A stretch of 64,000 nt of DNA. Origin: an uncultured Chloroflexia bacterium (lineage in GTDB: Bacteria; Chloroflexota; Limnocylindria; QHBO01). Below, in pieces: positions 60,977 through 64,000 of this stretch (position 1 is its first letter; each line of letters opens with the position of its first letter). The translations under genes were made by a program, and so were the position numbers. The stretch covers positions 528 to 64,527 of the forward strand of contig CAWFCQ010000006.1 of the NCBI GenBank assembly GCA_963814375.1. Direction: 5' to 3'. The notes beneath the pieces are model-generated. The model was not told the origin of the DNA, did no database searches, and was given only the letters and a program-made list of their open reading frames with translations.

Positions 60977-62275
60977 GTGAAGCTCAAGAGAACGGTCATG
61001 CACGCCACCTCCGGCCTCTGGTTCCTGCCGGTGATGTGCGTGCTTGCGGGAGCGCTGCTCTCGTTCGGAACGATCTGGCTGGACCGATCGTTCGACTACC
61101 AGGCGATCTCGAGCGACTACGTCGGCGGACCAGAGGCGGCCACCGCCACCCTCCAGACGATCGCGGTGGCCATGGTGAGCCTGACGGCGCTGGTCCTCAC
61201 GATCACGATGGTCGTGGTCCAGCTGGCGATGGGCCAGTTCTCGCCACGCATCGTCCAGCGCATCCTCCAGGACAAGCCAAGCCAGCTGGCGATCGGCCTC
61301 TTCGTCGCGACCTTCGTGCACGCGATCCTGACCCTGCGCGAGGTCCGGATCGACGGGGACGGTACCGGGCAGGTGCCGGGAATCGCGGTCGTCACCGCGT
61401 ATGTGCTCGTCCTCGCCAGCATTGCCGTGCTCGTCCTCTACGTCCACCACATCGGGCAGTCGCTCCGGGTCTCGGCTCTCATCGAGCTCGTCGGAGCGGA
61501 CACGCGCAAGCTCCTCGATCGTCTCTATCCGTCCACGTCGGGCGCAGGGCAGTCGCGGTCTTCGACGGATCCGGTGATTCGGGCGCGCAAGTCCGGGGTC
61601 ATCGTGAAGATCGGGCATGGCGAGCTCGTCGAGGAGGCTCGGCGCGCCGACTGCACGCTCGAGCTGGTTCCCGCCCTGGGGATCTTCGTTCCGGCCGATG
61701 CGGAGCTGTTCCGGATCCACGGCGAGGCCCGCGGCCTCGACCATGAGCGGCTGCACGACGCTCTGATCCTGAAGCTGGAGCCGACCCTCGACGAAGACGT
61801 CGCGTACGGCATCCGGCTGCTCGTCGACATCGCGGAGCGGTCTCTGGCCGAGTCTCCGTTCCAGGATCCGACCACCGCTGTTCAGGCGATCGATCGCATC
61901 CATGACGTTCTTCGCCAGCTGGTCAACCGGCCGTTTCCCGATGGCCGGCACCGTGACGACGAGGGCGTCGTCCGGCTGACCGTGCCGGTGATGAGCTGGC
62001 GCGCATACGTGCACCTGGCATTCGACGAGATCCGCATCGCCGGCGCCGGCTCACCGCCTGTCGTCCGGCGGCTGGTTGCGGCGCTGAACGACCTGCGGGC
62101 CATCGCGCCCGACGAGCGTGCCGGCATCCTGGACGAGCAGCTGGAGCTTCTCCAGACCGCAACCCTGGCGTCGATGCGCGACGAGCGTGACGCCAGGGCC
62201 GCTCTCGGCCTCGCGCTGACTGCGATGATGGGCGTGGCCACGGACCCGGAGAGCAGGAGGACGCACCGATGGTGA
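60977..62275 (+). CDS. DUF2254-family membrane protein
   Basis: 432-aa ORF: N-terminal four TM (LQTIAVAMVSLTALVLTITMVVVQLAMGQFSPR) plus a soluble C-terminal domain. Confidence 0.75.
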   Translation: MKLKRTVMHATSGLWFLPVMCVLAGALLSFGTIWLDRSFDYQAISSDYVGGPEAATATLQTIAVAMVSLTALVLTITMVVVQLAMGQFSPRIVQRILQDKPSQLAIGLFVATFVHAILTLREVRIDGDGTGQVPGIAVVTAYVLVLASIAVLVLYVHHIGQSLRVSALIELVGADTRKLLDRLYPSTSGAGQSRSSTDPVIRARKSGVIVKIGHGELVEEARRADCTLELVPALGIFVPADAELFRIHGEARGLDHERLHDALILKLEPTLDEDVAYGIRLLVDIAERSLAESPFQDPTTAVQAIDRIHDVLRQLVNRPFPDGRHRDDEGVVRLTVPVMSWRAYVHLAFDEIRIAGAGSPPVVRRLVAALNDLRAIAPDERAGILDEQLELLQTATLASMRDERDARAALGLALTAMMGVATDPESRRTHRW

Positions 62276-62698
62276 TCGACCCGGCGACGGAGAAGGGCGC
62301 ACGCGCCGACGCGCGACTGCGTGGCGAGGCCGTCGCGTGGCTCGTCACCGTCGCGAGCGACGGGCACGCCGGTGCCGACGCCGGTCTGGTTCTGGTGGGA
62401 CGGCGAGACGATCCTCGTCTACTCGCAGCGCGACAAGCCGAAGCTGCGCCACATCGCGGCCAACCCGATGGTGTCCTTCGCCATGCGCACGGACGAGCTC
62501 GGTGACGAGATCACGGTGGTGACCGGCGAGGCGGCGGTCGATCCATCGGCGCCGCAGGCGGACGAGCTGCCGGGCTATGTCGAGAAGTACGGTGAGCTGA
62601 TCGCGCGGCTGGGATCCGAGCCGGGCCCTTTCGCCCGCGAGTACACGGTTCCTGTCCGCATCACGCCGACGAAGTTGCGCCAGTGGAGGGCCGGCTAG
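62269..62698 (+). pseudogene. PPOX-class (pyridoxamine-5'-phosphate-oxidase-like, probably F420-dependent) protein, one frameshift at G-run 62362-62364
   Basis: MVIDPATEKGARADARLRGEAVAWLVTVASDG (frame 1) continues as TPVPTPVWFWWDGETILVYSQRDKPKLRHIAANP... (frame 2). Confidence 0.65.
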
Positions 62699-63276
62699 GC
62701 TCCCGGCGGGTCAGCTCCGAGTGCCCGCCTCGCGGGTAGACGATGATCAGGCGCGCCGGCTCATCGCCGATCGCCTCAGCGTCGTGCGGCAGCGTGCCGT
62801 CGAGCAGGACGTAGTCGCCCGCTCCGGCCTCCACCACCGACTCTCCCTGCGTGATCCGAACCCGGCCCGACGAGGATGATGTGGTGCTCGTCGCCGGGAT
62901 GGGCGTGGAAGCCGGTGCGGTAGCCCGCCGGCATCGAGCCCTCGAAGATCGCGACGTCGCGGGCGATCCCGCCGTCGACCTGCGACATCGCGCCAGCGCC
63001 GCGCGGTAGACGCCTCCGCGGGCGCTCGGAGGCGCGAACGACGCGCGGCCCGACGCTCTGATCGAGCAGGAACCAGGCGATCGGCACGTCCAGGGCATCG
63101 GCGAGGGCGGAGAGCGTCTCGAGGGATGGCGACGCCTTGTCGTTCTCGACCTGGCTGAGGTAGCCGACGTTCAGGCCGGTCCGCTCGGCGACGCCGGAGA
63201 GGGTCAGGCCCCGATCCTGCCGCCTCCGCTTGATCTGGGCGCCGACCAGGGGCCGCCGCCGGGGCGCATCGGTCAT
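62661..63276 (-). pseudogene. XRE-family HTH regulator with C-terminal cupin domain, one frameshift near 62858-62872
   Basis: The HTH is IKRRRQDRGLTLSGVAERTGLNVGYLSQVENDKASPSLETL. The cupin FHAHPGDEHHIILV then continues in another frame as GRVRITQGESVVEAGAGDYVLLDGTLPHD. Confidence 0.65.
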
Positions 63277-63413
63277 GGGCGGCAGTATGCCGTAGGACAA
63301 ACCCTATTGACAAGAGCCAAACTATGCGCGCATGATATGCGCAACAACAAAAGGGTATGGGCAATAGCCATACACCGACGCGATATCCCGCGAGAAAGGA
63401 AGGAAGGACAATC

Positions 63414-64000
63414 ATGAAGGTCGCCATCATCGGAGCCGGCAACGTCGGCAAGGCGCTGGCAACCGCGATCACGCGCGCCGGTCACGACGTGACCATCGCC
63501 GCGAAGCACCCGGAACACGCCCGAGCGGTCGCCGAGGCGACCGGCGCCCAGCCGGCCGATAACAACGCCACGGCCGCTGCCGGCGCCGAGATCGTCATCC
63601 TCGCCGTCCCGCATGACGCGGCCGAGAACGAGGTGGCGCCCGAGATCGAGGCCGGGGTCGCCGGCAAGCCGGTGATCGATGTCTCGAACCCGCTGAGGCC
63701 GGATCTCTCCGGGCTGGCAACGGACACCTCGGCCGCGGAGGAGATCCAGCAGCGTCTCCCCGAGGCAAAGGTCGTCAAGGCGTTCAACACGATCTTCGCC
63801 TCACGCCAGGCTGATCCGAGTCGAGAGATCGATGCCTTCGTCGCTGCCGACGACGAGAAGGCGAAGCGGCAGGTGATCTCGCTGGTCGAGTCGATGGGCT
63901 TCAGCCCGCTCGACGTCGGACCGCTCAGCACGGCCCGCTTCCTCGAGGGGATGGCCCTCATCAACATCGGCCTCAACGCGCACAATGGCTGGGGCTGGAC
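63414..64000 (+). CDS. NADPH-dependent F420 reductase-family protein (3' end outside window)
   Basis: My own translation from ATG 63414 after a GGAAGGAAGGA RBS: MKVAIIGAGNVGKALATAITRAGHDVTIAAK...ILAVPH...KAFNT...VESMGFSPLDVGPL. It is not in the ORF track because no stop lies inside the window. Confidence 0.8.
   Translation, partial: MKVAIIGAGNVGKALATAITRAGHDVTIAAKHPEHARAVAEATGAQPADNNATAAAGAEIVILAVPHDAAENEVAPEIEAGVAGKPVIDVSNPLRPDLSGLATDTSAAEEIQQRLPEAKVVKAFNTIFASRQADPSREIDAFVAADDEKAKRQVISLVESMGFSPLDVGPLSTARFLEGMALINIGLNAHNGWGW

Overview
High-GC (about 68-70% by eye) bacterial chromosomal segment. Gene content resembles Actinomycetota- or Chloroflexota-type lineages: Rpf, HspR, InhA-like FabI, F420-linked enzymes and a truncated haemoglobin. 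I cannot assign a taxon from sequence alone. Most of the window is ordinary housekeeping. It holds glpX-purH, a co-directional heat-shock cluster (hspR-lon-cbpA-vapBC-clpB), trkA-trkA-usp, rsmG, hpt, a complete livFGMH plus binding-protein operon, holB, fabI, ada/ogt, hmgA, rpf, two tRNAs (Arg-CCG, Asp-GTC) and many small membrane or hypothetical genes. No CRISPR array, rRNA, integrase, transposase or recognisable phage or defence gene set was seen. Seven things are not explained by plain annotation. (1) The first ~6.9 kb is a decaying patchwork. It contains a frameshifted Omp85-like gene, a partner-switching module whose HAMP-GAF sensor is frameshifted and truncated, a lower-GC insert carrying a multiply frameshifted STAND (MalT-like) NTPase-TPR gene, and a folK fragment fused to a PIN-toxin remnant. 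(2) A ~149-bp MITE-like element with terminal inverted repeats occurs three times. (3) A ~320-bp non-coding repeat built from seven CGAT-NN-ATCG mini-palindromes at fixed spacing occurs three times, once directly after tRNA-Asp. (4) A small cluster of DnaA-box-like 9-mers sits next to rsmG. (5) A vapBC pair sits inside the chaperone/protease cluster and shares a nucleotide with the clpB start codon. (6) There are two lower-GC, hairpin-rich intergenic regions that could encode RNAs. (7) Several otherwise good genes are split by single-base indels at short G/C runs, which is either assembly error or real pseudogenisation. I did not find a clear-cut new multi-gene system. The two repeat families and the heat-shock/TA arrangement are the best candidates for follow-up.
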